Shown in pieces: positions 1-10,661 of a DNA stretch of 64,000 nucleotides. The translations under genes were made by a program, and so were the position numbers. The stretch comes from an uncultured Acidobacteriota bacterium (lineage in GTDB: Bacteria > Acidobacteriota > Terriglobia > UBA7540). The DNA lies in contig CAWDSK010000006.1 of the NCBI GenBank assembly GCA_963804995.1, positions 1,696,001 through 1,760,000 on the forward strand, given 5' to 3'. Each line of letters opens with the position of its first letter. Positions within the stretch are counted from its first letter, which is position 1. The notes below the pieces were generated by a model, which worked only from the letters and a program-made list of their open reading frames with translations, did not search any database and was not told where the DNA came from.

Positions 1-561
1 ATTGGGCTCTCTTCAGGCACGGCCATGACCACAATAAACAGCCCAAGGGCGCCTGTCTGTCCACAATTGACCAGCGTTTTGTCCAATATTGACCACATTC
101 CAAAAACTGCCCAGGGCCGGGCCGCCTTATCTCCACCGTCGAAGATAATCCGCATTCTCCTGCTCAAAAGGGTTGGTATGCAGGCTTTGGCCGGGTAAGG
201 GGGATGAATCGAAACCTCCAGGTCCGGGCTAAGGGCCCGACCCTGACTCAAACGATGCAGGTAAAGCTACGCTTTCACAATGCACACCGGGGTGGTTCGG
301 GGCGGCGTAGTTGAATGCGGCGCCGAACAAATCTTCCCGGCGTACGAAGGGGTGAACGTGGCTCTCTGGTCGCAGTGTGCTGTTTTGACCAAAGAGGTGA
401 GCAATACGGAATCGACAACGCCTTTAGCAGAAGGTATAAAGGTTATGCCCTTTGTTAACGGCAAAGATAAGTGGTGCGGACGAAGGGTGGGAACCGCAAG
501 ATGCGGGTTCTTAAGTGCAGGATTCCATCGGTCGACACAAGAGAAGAAGAGAGGAGCTTTA

Positions 562-849
562 ATGCGAATGAATTTCAAGTCCTATATCTGGGTTCTGGCG
601 GTAGTAGTAGGCATGGGTATCATGGGAAGCACGGTACGCACTATGGCGTCTCCGGCCATGAATGCCGCGGGTGAAGACCAAGACTATTCGAAAAACAAGA
701 GGTACCAGCAAGGGATGCGTGAAGGCAAGGATGACAAAGCGCATAACCGGGACCACTTCAGGAAAAGGCACTTTAACAAAGAGGAAGACAATCGAGCTTA
801 CGAATCTGGTTACCAGCATGGCCACGTAATCGATGTCCACATTAATTAA
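562..849 (+). CDS. Small secreted hypothetical protein
   Basis: ATG at 562 after GAGGAG; hydrophobic N-terminus (YIWVLAVVVGMGIMG) then charged YQQGMREG/YESGYQHG repeats. Confidence 0.65.
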   Translation: MRMNFKSYIWVLAVVVGMGIMGSTVRTMASPAMNAAGEDQDYSKNKRYQQGMREGKDDKAHNRDHFRKRHFNKEEDNRAYESGYQHGHVIDVHIN

Positions 850-1410
850 GACGTGACACAACTTGCCGGGCTTCCGCTAAGAGGGCATGGGTTATGTACT
901 TAAAGGTGGATTCGCCCGCGACGCCGACATGGTTATTTCATGTCGGCGTTTTCTTTGACGCCAGGACTTGTCCCCCGCCATTGATGAAGGTGGATTCGCG
1001 TAAGTTGAGATTGCCTGCCCGTGCGGCCGGGGAGCAAAGCTATAATGATGGCAAGCGGCGGAGCCCCAATAGATACTCACAGGACTCGCCAATTTGGACA
1101 GTCGTGGCCTGCCCCTGCCGGCGATTTCTAGGAGATACCCCATGAATAATCCCTTCCCCCGCCGGGCGGCTGCGAATCCTACGCAGTACAACATTGATGC
1201 CATCGCTAAGGTTCAGTCATTTAGCAAAACAACCGACGTATCCAAGCTGGCCAGTGAACTCGAAAACAAGCTTCCTGAGGAATAGCACCTCCCCGATCAT
1301 CATTCACCAAACCCCTGCCGATGGCTGGCAACTCGCCGGCCGGTCCGGAAAGCGCCGGCAGGGGGCAAATACAACCTTGTTTACACTTCCGGTATATGCG
1401 CCCGGCTCAC

Positions 1411-1578
1411 TCAACCAGACATGCGCATTCCGCCGAACAGGTACAGGACTACCAGGATGATCAGGACCACGCCGACGATCCCGATGCCTCCACCCGAACC
1501 CCATCTCCGATATCCGTAATAGCCTCCACCGCCGCCGAACAGGAGCAGTAGAACGACAATTAGCAAAAGTAGTCCCAT
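1411..1578 (-). CDS. DUF3309-like small membrane protein (55 aa, not in ORF track)
   Basis: Hand translation MGLLLLIVVLLLLFGGGGGYYGYRRWGSGGGIGIVGVVLIILVVLYLFGGMRMSG; GAGGAG RBS. Confidence 0.8.
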   Translation of the reverse strand: MGLLLLIVVLLLLFGGGGGYYGYRRWGSGGGIGIVGVVLIILVVLYLFGGMRMSG

Positions 1579-1803
1579 GGGAATCTCCTCTCAGTTAGTT
1601 AAATGCTTCCACCAGAATTTCCGATTGGACTGCGCGGCCAACTGGCAATGGCCTCCTTACCGCTTCAACATTCGACGCTCCACCCTGATTCCGGCAAACG
1701 GCTTTGTGGAAAGCAGCCTCGGACGGCCAGTCGGGGTGACCAATATCCATAACCCGCGGCGCTATCCGGAGCATTCCGGAAGACGCGGGGAAGAGTGCCG
1801 CTA

Positions 1804-1974
1804 TCACGATGGATCTCTTTGGCGCGTTGCTTTGACACCCGACAGAACCCCTATGCCTAGGAAAACGATCGCGCCTACGACAATCCAGTGTGTGGGGACA
1901 TGCATCAAATGAGCGCCGTAAATCAGCCCGCCAATCACCAGCACGAATCCAACGGAGTAAATTCCAAATGACAT
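1804..1974 (-). CDS. Small two-helix membrane protein (56 aa, not in ORF track)
   Basis: Hand translation MSFGIYSVGFVLVIGGLIYGAHLMHVPTHWIVVGAIVFLGIGVLSGVKATRQRDPS; AAGGAG RBS. Confidence 0.75.
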   Translation of the reverse strand: MSFGIYSVGFVLVIGGLIYGAHLMHVPTHWIVVGAIVFLGIGVLSGVKATRQRDPS

Positions 1975-2035
1975 AACGTCTCCTTCTCACAAAACAGAGC
2001 TGCAAGACCCTGCGACCAGCGCCCGTTCACGGCTC

Positions 2036-2590
2036 TTACTGCGTGGTGGTGGAGCTGGCCTTTTGATCTCTTACTTGCAGCTCGTTCACGACCTGTAGCA
2101 CGTTCGGAACCTTTGACGCCACTTGCTCAACCTGTGCGCGCTTGGCTTGAGAACTGACCTCGCCGGTCAACGTCACGACGCCACTCTTAACGTCGTATTT
2201 GACGCCCTTGTGGAGCTTGTTCTGGATGAGGGCAGCATCCAAATTCTTGTCGATACCCGCGTCCAGGTCCGAGTTTACGGTCTTTGCCGCACCTTCGGCG
2301 CCGGGAGGAACCACAGCAATCTGGTTCGCTACAACCTGCCCAGTGGCGATTGACGTTGCGATGGATTCAGCCTGAGCCTTATCAGCGTCTGCCGCGACGT
2401 TTCCGCTCAGGGTCACGACGCCCTTGTCGCGGTCCTGTGTTACGGAGACAGCTTTGAGGCCGGCTTCATCGAGCGCTTTGCGGATGCTGTCAGAAACATC
2501 AGCCGACTTCGTAGATGTTCTTGAGCAGCCCACGATGCTCCCAACTGCGAGCAGCATGAGTATGGTTAAGCATAGCTTAAGAGTTTTCAT
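2036..2590 (-). CDS. BON-domain lipoprotein (OsmY-like, two BON domains)
   Basis: Lipobox IVGC; two GVVTL(S/T)G..V BON motifs, V.NEL.V. Confidence 0.9.
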   Translation of the reverse strand: MKTLKLCLTILMLLAVGSIVGCSRTSTKSADVSDSIRKALDEAGLKAVSVTQDRDKGVVTLSGNVAADADKAQAESIATSIATGQVVANQIAVVPPGAEGAAKTVNSDLDAGIDKNLDAALIQNKLHKGVKYDVKSGVVTLTGEVSSQAKRAQVEQVASKVPNVLQVVNELQVRDQKASSTTTQ

Positions 2591-3078
2591 TGGTTTCCTT
2601 TGATCAGAGTTTTCCAGCCTGGAGTAATCGCGCTATGTAGACATCGCTGCATTTTTCCCTGGCATTTCTCGAATTCTTCCTCTCGGTACCGCAGCCTGCC
2701 CCGAACAGAGCGCCGGTTGACTTCCGACTCACAACGGAGGCGCGAGCCACTCTTCTTTTAACCTGGACTCGATTCAGTGTCAGTTCAGAACGGCTCACCC
2801 GTTTGGTCAAAATCGCTCATTCCGTGATTAGGGAGTCGGCGACGTGCTGGCACGTCCGGCTTCATCCGGGAGTGCGCCACCCTCCACTATCCGGACGTCG
2901 TGCTGTGCAAGTTTGCTCAGCCCATTGGTCCATTCTGCACAGACAGCAAAGGTCGGGGGGAATATCCTGCAGAAGGTTACTGAGTGTAGAGACCCGCCAA
3001 TAGAAATCATCTGGCGATAGACGTTGGCAGCAATCTGCCGCCCTCAGCCCGGCCACAGAATAAGAAAGGAGAAATATC

Positions 3079-3453
3079 ATGCCGCAAGTACAGCTAGAAA
3101 AGTCTTTGGGGATTGTGCTCTCCGGAAGTTCCTTGAAGGGTGACAAGGTGGTGAACTACAAAGGCGAAGACCTGGGCAAAATCGAAGAGATCATGATCGA
3201 TTTGGATCGTGGGCGCGTCGCTTACGCCGTCCTGTCGTTCGGCGGGTTCTTTGGCATGGGTGACAAACTGTTTGCCATTCCCTGGCAGGCTTTTAGCGTC
3301 GACGTGACCAACAAGCAGATGGTTCTGAATGCCGACAAGGAGCTTTTGGAGAAGGCGCCGGGATTTGACAAGAATAACTGGCCCGACATGGCAGACCTTT
3401 CTTTGGGGTCCACGCTGTACGGGTACTATGGCTACAAGCCCTACTGGGCCTGA
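3079..3453 (+). CDS. PRC-barrel domain protein
   Basis: GEDLGKIEEIMID...YAVLSFGGFFGMGDKLFAIPW; AAGGAG RBS. Confidence 0.92.
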   Translation: MPQVQLEKSLGIVLSGSSLKGDKVVNYKGEDLGKIEEIMIDLDRGRVAYAVLSFGGFFGMGDKLFAIPWQAFSVDVTNKQMVLNADKELLEKAPGFDKNNWPDMADLSLGSTLYGYYGYKPYWA

Positions 3454-3508
3454 TCCCGACTGATACTTTCCCCGTCACCACCGGTCAGGCTAAAAGGAGG
3501 CAAACACC

Positions 3509-4339
3509 GTGCGGATATGGATACTGATGATGCTGGGCGCGACGCTTGCGTTTGGGCAGGCCAAACCCGCCGATACCGAACAGAGGTGCCTGAACCTGTT
3601 GAACGACGCCGCCTATGACCGGAATCCGGACGGTCGCAAGGGCGCGGCGGAGGCACTGAGCCTGATGGGATTGAACGATAAAGCTCTTCTGCTTCTTAAC
3701 TTGATGCTCGATGACCACGACGTTTCGGTGCGGATTGCGGTGGTTGTCACCCTGGGTGACTTCAAGGACAACCAAACACTGCCTCTTTTGAAGAAAGCCT
3801 TGCAAGATCTGGTTCCCGAAGTCGACTTCGCCGCAGCCAAGGTGCTTTACCAACTCCACGACCCCGAGGGAGTGCATTTTCTTCTCAACGTGGTTAGCAA
3901 AGAGTCTAAGGCGTCCTCAAGCTATCTCAGCAATCAGAAACGGGGCGCCTTTCGCCTGTTGCACACTCCTACCCAGCTTTTCATTTTCATTGGAACCCAG
4001 GCAGTAGGTTTCGCCGTCCCCGTGCCGGGTCTTGGGTTCGGAATATCTTCGGCACAAGGTATCCTAACGGCCCCCGATTCTTCCGCCCGGGCCGCCTCTC
4101 TGCTGCTCATCGGAAGCTCGCTTGATCCAGCCTTGGCGGATGCAGTGGAATCAGCCTTGTCGGATAAGGAGTGGTCAGTACGCGCGGCGGCCGCTCACCT
4201 GGTTGCGATGCATCCTTTCCCACAATTCCAGGAGAATTTGGTCCCCCTGCTGGACAACAAGAAGGATGCGGTGCGCGTACGCGCTGCCGCGGCCTACATC
4301 AGACTCCAGCACAATACGAAGGTGCTGCCGACGAAGTGA
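3509..4339 (+). CDS. Exported HEAT-repeat protein
   Basis: Signal peptide; repeated L.D....VR.AA helical units; AAGGAGG RBS before GTG. Confidence 0.85.
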   Translation: MRIWILMMLGATLAFGQAKPADTEQRCLNLLNDAAYDRNPDGRKGAAEALSLMGLNDKALLLLNLMLDDHDVSVRIAVVVTLGDFKDNQTLPLLKKALQDLVPEVDFAAAKVLYQLHDPEGVHFLLNVVSKESKASSSYLSNQKRGAFRLLHTPTQLFIFIGTQAVGFAVPVPGLGFGISSAQGILTAPDSSARAASLLLIGSSLDPALADAVESALSDKEWSVRAAAAHLVAMHPFPQFQENLVPLLDNKKDAVRVRAAAAYIRLQHNTKVLPTK

Positions 4340-4407
4340 GGCGTCAAGATTCATTAAATGCGGACGGGTAATTCATCGAGTCTCTGGAAGGGTTGTAGCT
4401 CATACCT

Positions 4408-5190
4408 ATGTCCTCCACAGCGAATTCCATCACGGCTCCAGTCACCGGGTTTTTTGAATGGTTCGGCGATCTGGGCCATTTTTCCTGGCAAGTTCTGCGG
4501 GCGGCCGTGACCCCGCCCTTTGAATTCCGCGAGCTTGTCCGGCAAATCGACGAGATAGGATCAAAATCGTTTCCTCTCGTGGCTTTGGCGGGCGCAGCCA
4601 TCGGCGCCATCTTCTCGCTTGAAACCCGCGATACCCTGGTTCGATTCGGCGCCAGTTCAATGCTTCCTACTGCTGTCGTGTACTCGATTATCCATGAGAT
4701 CGGTCCCATCGTCACCGGCTTGATCGTCTGCGGCCGAGCGGGAGCAGGCATTGGCGCGGAGTTGGGATCAATGAAGGTCACGGAGCAGATCGATGCCATC
4801 GAGGCGTCAGCCGTAAATCCCTATAGGTTGCTGGCCGCAACCCGCATTGTGGCTTGCATCCTGGTGATGCCACTCCTGACCCTCACTGCCGATTTCTTCG
4901 GGGTGGTAATGGCTTGGGTGGCCAACGTCCTGGCTGAGCCGATCACCTTCCAGCAGTTCATCCACAATGGCTTCAGCACCTTTGGCTTCAATGATTTTCT
5001 GCCCCCGACCTTCAAGACAATGGTGTTCGGCCTGATCATCGGGCTGGTGGCGTGCTCTCAGGGAATGCGGACGCGGGGAGGCACCGAGGGCGTGGGGCGT
5101 ACGGCGACGAGCTCTGTGGTCTTATCTTCGCTCTTCGTAATCCTGGCCGACGTTGTCATGGTGAAACTGATCGTCATGTTCTTTCCCTGA
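4408..5190 (+). CDS. mlaE: MlaE-family ABC permease
   Basis: EIGPIVTGLIVCGRAGAGIGAELGSMKVTEQIDAIE motif. Confidence 0.93.
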   Translation: MSSTANSITAPVTGFFEWFGDLGHFSWQVLRAAVTPPFEFRELVRQIDEIGSKSFPLVALAGAAIGAIFSLETRDTLVRFGASSMLPTAVVYSIIHEIGPIVTGLIVCGRAGAGIGAELGSMKVTEQIDAIEASAVNPYRLLAATRIVACILVMPLLTLTADFFGVVMAWVANVLAEPITFQQFIHNGFSTFGFNDFLPPTFKTMVFGLIIGLVACSQGMRTRGGTEGVGRTATSSVVLSSLFVILADVVMVKLIVMFFP

Positions 5191-5241
5191 GGACCTGCGC
5201 TGAAGAGTTTGCAAGGGGGCACTGAAAGGGCCTGTAAACGC

Positions 5242-6006
5242 ATGGTGATAGAAACCCTTGAGAAAACGAATGGCGAGCCCCCCGTGGTCCTGCGAGGTCT
5301 GCACCAGTCCTTCGGCGCCCAGGTGGTCTTGAATGGGATTGACCTGACGGTCGCCCGCGGTGAAACGCTCGCGGTGCTCGGCCGCAGTGGCACCGGCAAG
5401 AGTGTCTTGTTGAAGATTATCATCGGGCTGCAAAAGCCGGATGCAGGCTCGGTGAGCATCCACGGGCAGGAGCTTACCGGAATCGATCTCGCCAAGCTCA
5501 ACGCGATCCGGAAGAAAATGGGTTTTTTGTTCCAGCAGGCGGCGCTCTACGACTCGCTGACGGTGGCGGAGAATGTGGATTTCCCACTGAAGCACAATAC
5601 CAACATGCCCGAGCACGAGCGGCGGGATCGGGTCAAGGAATTGCTGAAGAGTGTGGGTATGGAAGGGGACCTCAAGAAGATGCCTTCCGATATATCCGGC
5701 GGGATGCAGAAGCGAGTGGGGCTGGCGCGGGCGCTGGCCCTCGACCCTGACATCCTGCTGCTGGATGAACCCACGGCGGGACTGGATCCTATTACCTCCA
5801 GCGAGATTGATGAGCTGATTCTCAAGCTGCAAAAGGAGCATGCCATGGCATCCATCGTGGTCACGCACGATATGCAAAGCGCAAAAACCATCGCTGGCCG
5901 GTTGGCGCTGCTCCACGAGGGAAATGTGGTGCTGGAAGGCACTTTCGCGGACCTGGAGAAGAGTCACGACAAGTTTGTCACAGATTTTATGCGACGGGAC
6001 TCATAG
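5242..6006 (+). CDS. mlaF: MlaF-family ABC ATP-binding protein
   Basis: Walker A GRSGTGKS, ISGGMQKRV signature, DEPTAGLDP. Confidence 0.93.
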   Translation: MVIETLEKTNGEPPVVLRGLHQSFGAQVVLNGIDLTVARGETLAVLGRSGTGKSVLLKIIIGLQKPDAGSVSIHGQELTGIDLAKLNAIRKKMGFLFQQAALYDSLTVAENVDFPLKHNTNMPEHERRDRVKELLKSVGMEGDLKKMPSDISGGMQKRVGLARALALDPDILLLDEPTAGLDPITSSEIDELILKLQKEHAMASIVVTHDMQSAKTIAGRLALLHEGNVVLEGTFADLEKSHDKFVTDFMRRDS

Positions 6007-6014
6007 GAGAACAT

Positions 6015-7208
6015 ATGTCGAGGGCGGCGCGTTTAGGAGCTTTCATAGTTACGACACTGGCGATTCTGGTGGTGGGGACTTTTATCATCGGTAACAAGCA
6101 ATACCTGTTTACTTCCACCTACCGGTTGAAGACGCAGTTCAGTGACGTCGTGGGCCTGGATGTGGGCGCCGGGGTTCGGGTGGGAGGTGTTCACCGTGGA
6201 ACCGTGCATAGCATCGAGTTGCCTCACCAGCCGGGGGATAAAATCACGGTGGTGATGGACCTCGACAACAAGACGCACGACATTATCAAGCAAGACTCCG
6301 TAGCGTCCATCGAAACCGAGGGCCTGATGGGCAACGAGTACATGGCGGTCTCATTTGGAACTACCGGGGCGGCCAACGTGCGCGACGGTGACACCATCGC
6401 CAGCAAACCTCCCATCGCCATGTCTGACCTGATTAAGAAGTCGCAGGATCTCTTGGATAGCAGCCAACAGGCCATCAAGAATGTTACGCAGACAACAGCG
6501 AATTTAAGCTCGATCAGCGCCAAGATCGACCAGGGTCAGGGCACTGTCGGGGCTCTGGTCAACGATAAGACGGCCTATCTTGAACTTAACGAAACGATGG
6601 GTGGAATGCGTGAGGCAGTAGCCCATGCGCAAGCGGGCGTTACCGATTTCCAAGAGAACATGGAGGCGATGAAGCACAATTTCTTCCTGCGCGGATATTT
6701 CAAGAATCGCGGTTATGAAGATTCCGCGGAGCTGGCCAAAGACGAAATCATTAGGCTGCCCCAGGGCACGCCCCAAAAAACGTTTACGTTCGAAGCCAAG
6801 CAACTCTTCGATAAGGTCGACACGGCCAAGCTGAAGAACCAGAAGTCTCTGGACGCCGCCGGCGACTTCCTGACGGATACCGACTTTGGAGTCGCCGTAG
6901 TGGCCGTGTATTCCAGCATGGAAGGAGATGCCAAGAAAGACCTGATCCTGACCCAAGGCCGTGCCCTGGTGGTCCGAGAGTACCTGGTTGAGAATTTCGG
7001 TTTCGATGATCGGCGGCTCAAGACACTGGGAATGGGGAAGAAGAGCGGCACGAGCCCGGAAAGCGGTTGGGGCACCATCCAGATCCTCGTTTATCCCGCC
7101 GGCACTGAAATGCCGCCCGCGACGCTGGCACAGAAAAGTACTCCACCCAAGGCCACCTTAGAACTGCCCGTTGCCGAACCCGCCGCCACGGTTCCGAAAC
7201 CGCAGTAG
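6015..7208 (+). CDS. mlaD: MlaD/MCE protein with C-terminal OmpA-like domain
   Basis: N-terminal TM, MCE motif (VVGLDVGAGVRVGGV), coiled coil, LTQGRALVVREYL...LKTLGMGK. Confidence 0.85.
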   Translation: MSRAARLGAFIVTTLAILVVGTFIIGNKQYLFTSTYRLKTQFSDVVGLDVGAGVRVGGVHRGTVHSIELPHQPGDKITVVMDLDNKTHDIIKQDSVASIETEGLMGNEYMAVSFGTTGAANVRDGDTIASKPPIAMSDLIKKSQDLLDSSQQAIKNVTQTTANLSSISAKIDQGQGTVGALVNDKTAYLELNETMGGMREAVAHAQAGVTDFQENMEAMKHNFFLRGYFKNRGYEDSAELAKDEIIRLPQGTPQKTFTFEAKQLFDKVDTAKLKNQKSLDAAGDFLTDTDFGVAVVAVYSSMEGDAKKDLILTQGRALVVREYLVENFGFDDRRLKTLGMGKKSGTSPESGWGTIQILVYPAGTEMPPATLAQKSTPPKATLELPVAEPAATVPKPQ

Positions 7209-7414
7209 CCCCGCGGCGCCCGCGAAGGCAGTAATATGGCCGAGGATATCTCGCAAACGCTCGATATTGACGCGGCATTCCGAAACGACATCCTACGCCA
7301 AAGCTCCGGACGGCCTGCCACCCGGAGCTTTAGCGCAGGACGGCAGGCCATCCTGTATTTCTTACGTGTACCTCTGGCGCACCCTTCATGCGGCCTGATT
7401 GACCAGAGCGAGGG

Positions 7415-9791
7415 CTATAGGCAACCCACTTCCAGGGAGATCCTGCCCGTCAGCCCCGGCGCCAGAGTTATAGTTTCTTGTTGTGGGTCGAATTGGGTCC
7501 AGGGCCTCCCATTCACGGTTGCCGAATGAATTCGATGGCCTGCCGGAAGCCGCAAGCGCAGTTTCACCGCAGCTCTAAAGGACGCGGGCAGCACGATTTG
7601 CCCCACCACCTTCCCTTGGCTGAGCTTCGAGGTGACGGTGAAACTCACTCGCCCCCATCGCGTGGGAGCATTCTCAACGGAAATTGTTTTGTTATCCTCC
7701 ATCCAGTCACGGGGTGCAGCTTTCGCGAGCCACAGGGTCTCGGATTGCGGGTCCTCAAAGGCCAGCATCCAACGGGTCATCAGGGGAACCACAAGTTGCG
7801 CCGGCGTGCAGTAGGGAGCCACAGGTTGCTCAGGATCGGTAATCACTCGAACTTTCCGGAGCCGTCCATGTGCCGCGCGTGTAGTGGTGCGCCATCATAC
7901 TGTACACAGTCAACAGGTATTCGCGAACCAGATCGTGTTGAATCAGTCCGAAAGCATGCCCGTAGGTCAGGAAACCCTGTAACCCGCGATCATACCCGTA
8001 GGCAGCGGGGATGCCGAGAATCGTTTCACGGTGCGCGGCGCGGCACTTGACGATCATTTCCACTTGTTCTTTGCTCAGGTTACCCGAGTACAGCATTTCC
8101 ATGTACGCCCGATAGCTGCGTACCTGAGGATCCAACGGATCACGCGCCAGGGCGACGTAGAAGGGTTCTTTCGCGCCGGCAATGGAAGGAAGACACCTGG
8201 GCTGGGCATCGTTCAGGATGGAACGGCTGATGGCGTTCTGAACATCCTTCCCGATGGCCTTGGATTCTTCTGCGAGCCGTTTCCCCCAGAGGACCAACTC
8301 CTGCCTGCCGCTCTGCTTGCCGATTTCCTCCCAAACTTCTCCCAGGTCCCGAAACCCGCGCTCCGCTTCCGTGCTGTTGGAAAAATAAGGTTGCATGTAC
8401 CTCATGTCATCGGGATCTGACCACGAATCGGCCTCGCTCCAACCCGCCATCATGCCGTAAGCAGGATCGTCAGGAGAGAGTTTCAGAGCCTTGCCCCGCA
8501 GGGAAAGCAGCAGTCTGGCGACGGCGTCAATCCGCTGCCGGTGCTTCAACAGCAGCCCGTAGTCTTGGGTGTAGTTCGCGTACTCAGCCAGCACCGTCAG
8601 CATGCGCCCATACTGCCCGGTTTCCGGACCGCGATAGAGGATGGATCCGTCATCCCGCACGTACTTGCCAAAATAGTTATCGATGTAATCTGCGGCTAAA
8701 CCCCACAGTCCCCATTCCAGCATGGCCGTGGTGTCGGCGTTGAAGGTGTCTGGAAAGCCGGCATGCTCGTTGCCCCCGTAAGTCTTGTTGAAGACGCCGT
8801 AGCGGGGTTCATTGCCCATGCGGGTGATCATGTCGCGCACTAAAGAGTGTCGCGCCAGGTTCGCGAGGCGCTCATCCGGAATTGCGATCGTCATGCCGGA
8901 AGCTAACGCCTTGTTCCAGCCCGTCCGCATGCCCATGAGTTCTTCATAAAAAGGTTCGGCAGGATATTCCAAACGAGCTGGATACGAGTGGTAGGAATCA
9001 AAATAACGAACCCACTTCAGGGTGTTGTCTTCCACCCGTCCCAGCCGGTACCACACCGGCTGAATCTCTTTGTTGCCGTTCTCCATGCGCATCGGCGCGT
9101 ACGCCACCAGTTCCCACCAGTTGCCGGATTCTTCCGGGTAAACAAAGCGGACCGCGGGCAGCCAGCCTCCCACCAAGCCGTCCCAGACGCCTCCCTGCTG
9201 CCGGATCTTTTCAATCTGCGGCCCATAAACATCTGGAAAAAACCGGTCCGTCCTCCCTCCATACCGGAAGCCAATCTTGTCCAGGTTGTCATGCGTGCCC
9301 ACAAAAGTGTAAGTCTTCATTTTGGAGATGGGCGGAAAACAGGCGGCGACTTCGTTGTAATCGGGGTCGCCCCCCTGGGCCAGAATTTCTTCCCCCAGGA
9401 GGTCGCGATCGCTGTTCTTGATTTGTTCCAGAGTATGCCCGTGGTAAAGGCCCGAAGCCTCTGCAAAGGTGGGTTCCAGCGACTTGGGCAAGTCCAGTTG
9501 GACACCCTGCAGATCCACATAGAGGATGTGGCCTTTTTTCTCGGTGAAGTTCTCGAACACCGCTAAGCCGGATTTGCGAGTCGGCGGGACAACCGCCATC
9601 AGGGTCCAAACCCCCACCTGCTGCCCCTTCCGCAGGCTCGCTTTCTGCCCTTCCCAGGAAACCTCAACAACGCCGGCGGAAGTCATCGTCAACAACTTGG
9701 GTACGCCGGGCGGCGACGCGGATCTGGCCACCCCCAGTGAGAAACTGAATGCTACAAGTGCAAACCCTACACATTCACAAATACGCCTCAT
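7415..9791 (-). CDS. Secreted six-hairpin glycosidase-like protein, split by one frameshift near 7850
   Basis: 7830..9791 ends WTAPES and continues in another frame as VITDPEQPVAPYCTPAQ...TRWG in 7415..7846; signal peptide at MRRICECVGF. Confidence 0.65.
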
Positions 9792-10259
9792 GGATTCCTC
9801 CCCGGGCCTGCGGGCAGTACAACGCGGCGGGCATATAGTACGGCGAAAACGCTCAGTCAACAAACACAAGGGTACTTAGCTGGATTTGGAATGATAAATG
9901 CCCGGTGGGCATGGCAAAAAAATCCTTGGGGTCTGAAGTCGCAGGTTGTAGCGCGCCGGGCCGATGTAGGGCCGGCCTCGGGACTGATGGTTGTTGCACT
10001 CTTGGTGTGTCGTGAGTAGGATGAGCTTCGTGATCTACCTTGACCACAGCGAAGGGGGTTCATAGTTGACAGTCGACAGTTGAAAGCCAAGGCGTTCCCG
10101 ATTCTTACTATGAACTGTAAACTATGGACTATGAACTGTATGCCTTGTGGACTGTGAACTCTTCCCCAACATTGGGTGCACGCCTGGGAAATGAAATTCT
10201 GGGAAAGTGGGGTTGAGATAAGTTCTCTCTTACGGCTATAATAGCCGTAAGGAGGAACC

Positions 10260-10661
10260 ATGGCTCAGTCTTTTGAAGTTCCTGGTCCGGTCCGTGAGCT
10301 TGCCGCTCGGTTGGGTCAGTCCCAGCCCATGCGGCGCGGCTCCCTATCGGAGCGTTATGTGAAATGCGGCAAGCCGGGTTGTGGTTGCGCGGAGGATGCC
10401 AAGGCGCGGCACGGCCCTTATTACAGTCTGACGCGGGCGGTGGGAGGGCAGACCCGCTCCCGCTTCTTGAACCCCGAGGAAGCGCAGCGGGCGCGAGAGC
10501 AGATCGAGACGGGCCAGCAGTTTCGGCGTCAGGTGGAGGCTTACTGGGCTGCCTGTGAGCAATGGGCGGATGCCCAGCTGGAAGCCCGGGAGGAAGAAGG
10601 GCAAGCCGAGGTTAAAAAAAACCGCACTCGGCGAGGCTCTGGCGCACGACCTCACCGCTGA
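10260..10661 (+). CDS. DUF6788-like IS accessory ORF
   Basis: MRRGSLSERYVKCGKPGCGC...HGPYY motif; GGAGG RBS; A8 run near its 3' end. Confidence 0.85.
   Translation: MAQSFEVPGPVRELAARLGQSQPMRRGSLSERYVKCGKPGCGCAEDAKARHGPYYSLTRAVGGQTRSRFLNPEEAQRAREQIETGQQFRRQVEAYWAACEQWADAQLEAREEEGQAEVKKNRTRRGSGARPHR

Noticed and set aside
170..200. Sigma-54 promoter candidate TGGTATGCAGGCTTTGG
   Set aside because: The GG-N10-GC spacing is not satisfied
1595..2005. 136-aa ORF in the track
   Set aside because: A different frame (1804..1974) has the RBS and a coherent membrane protein
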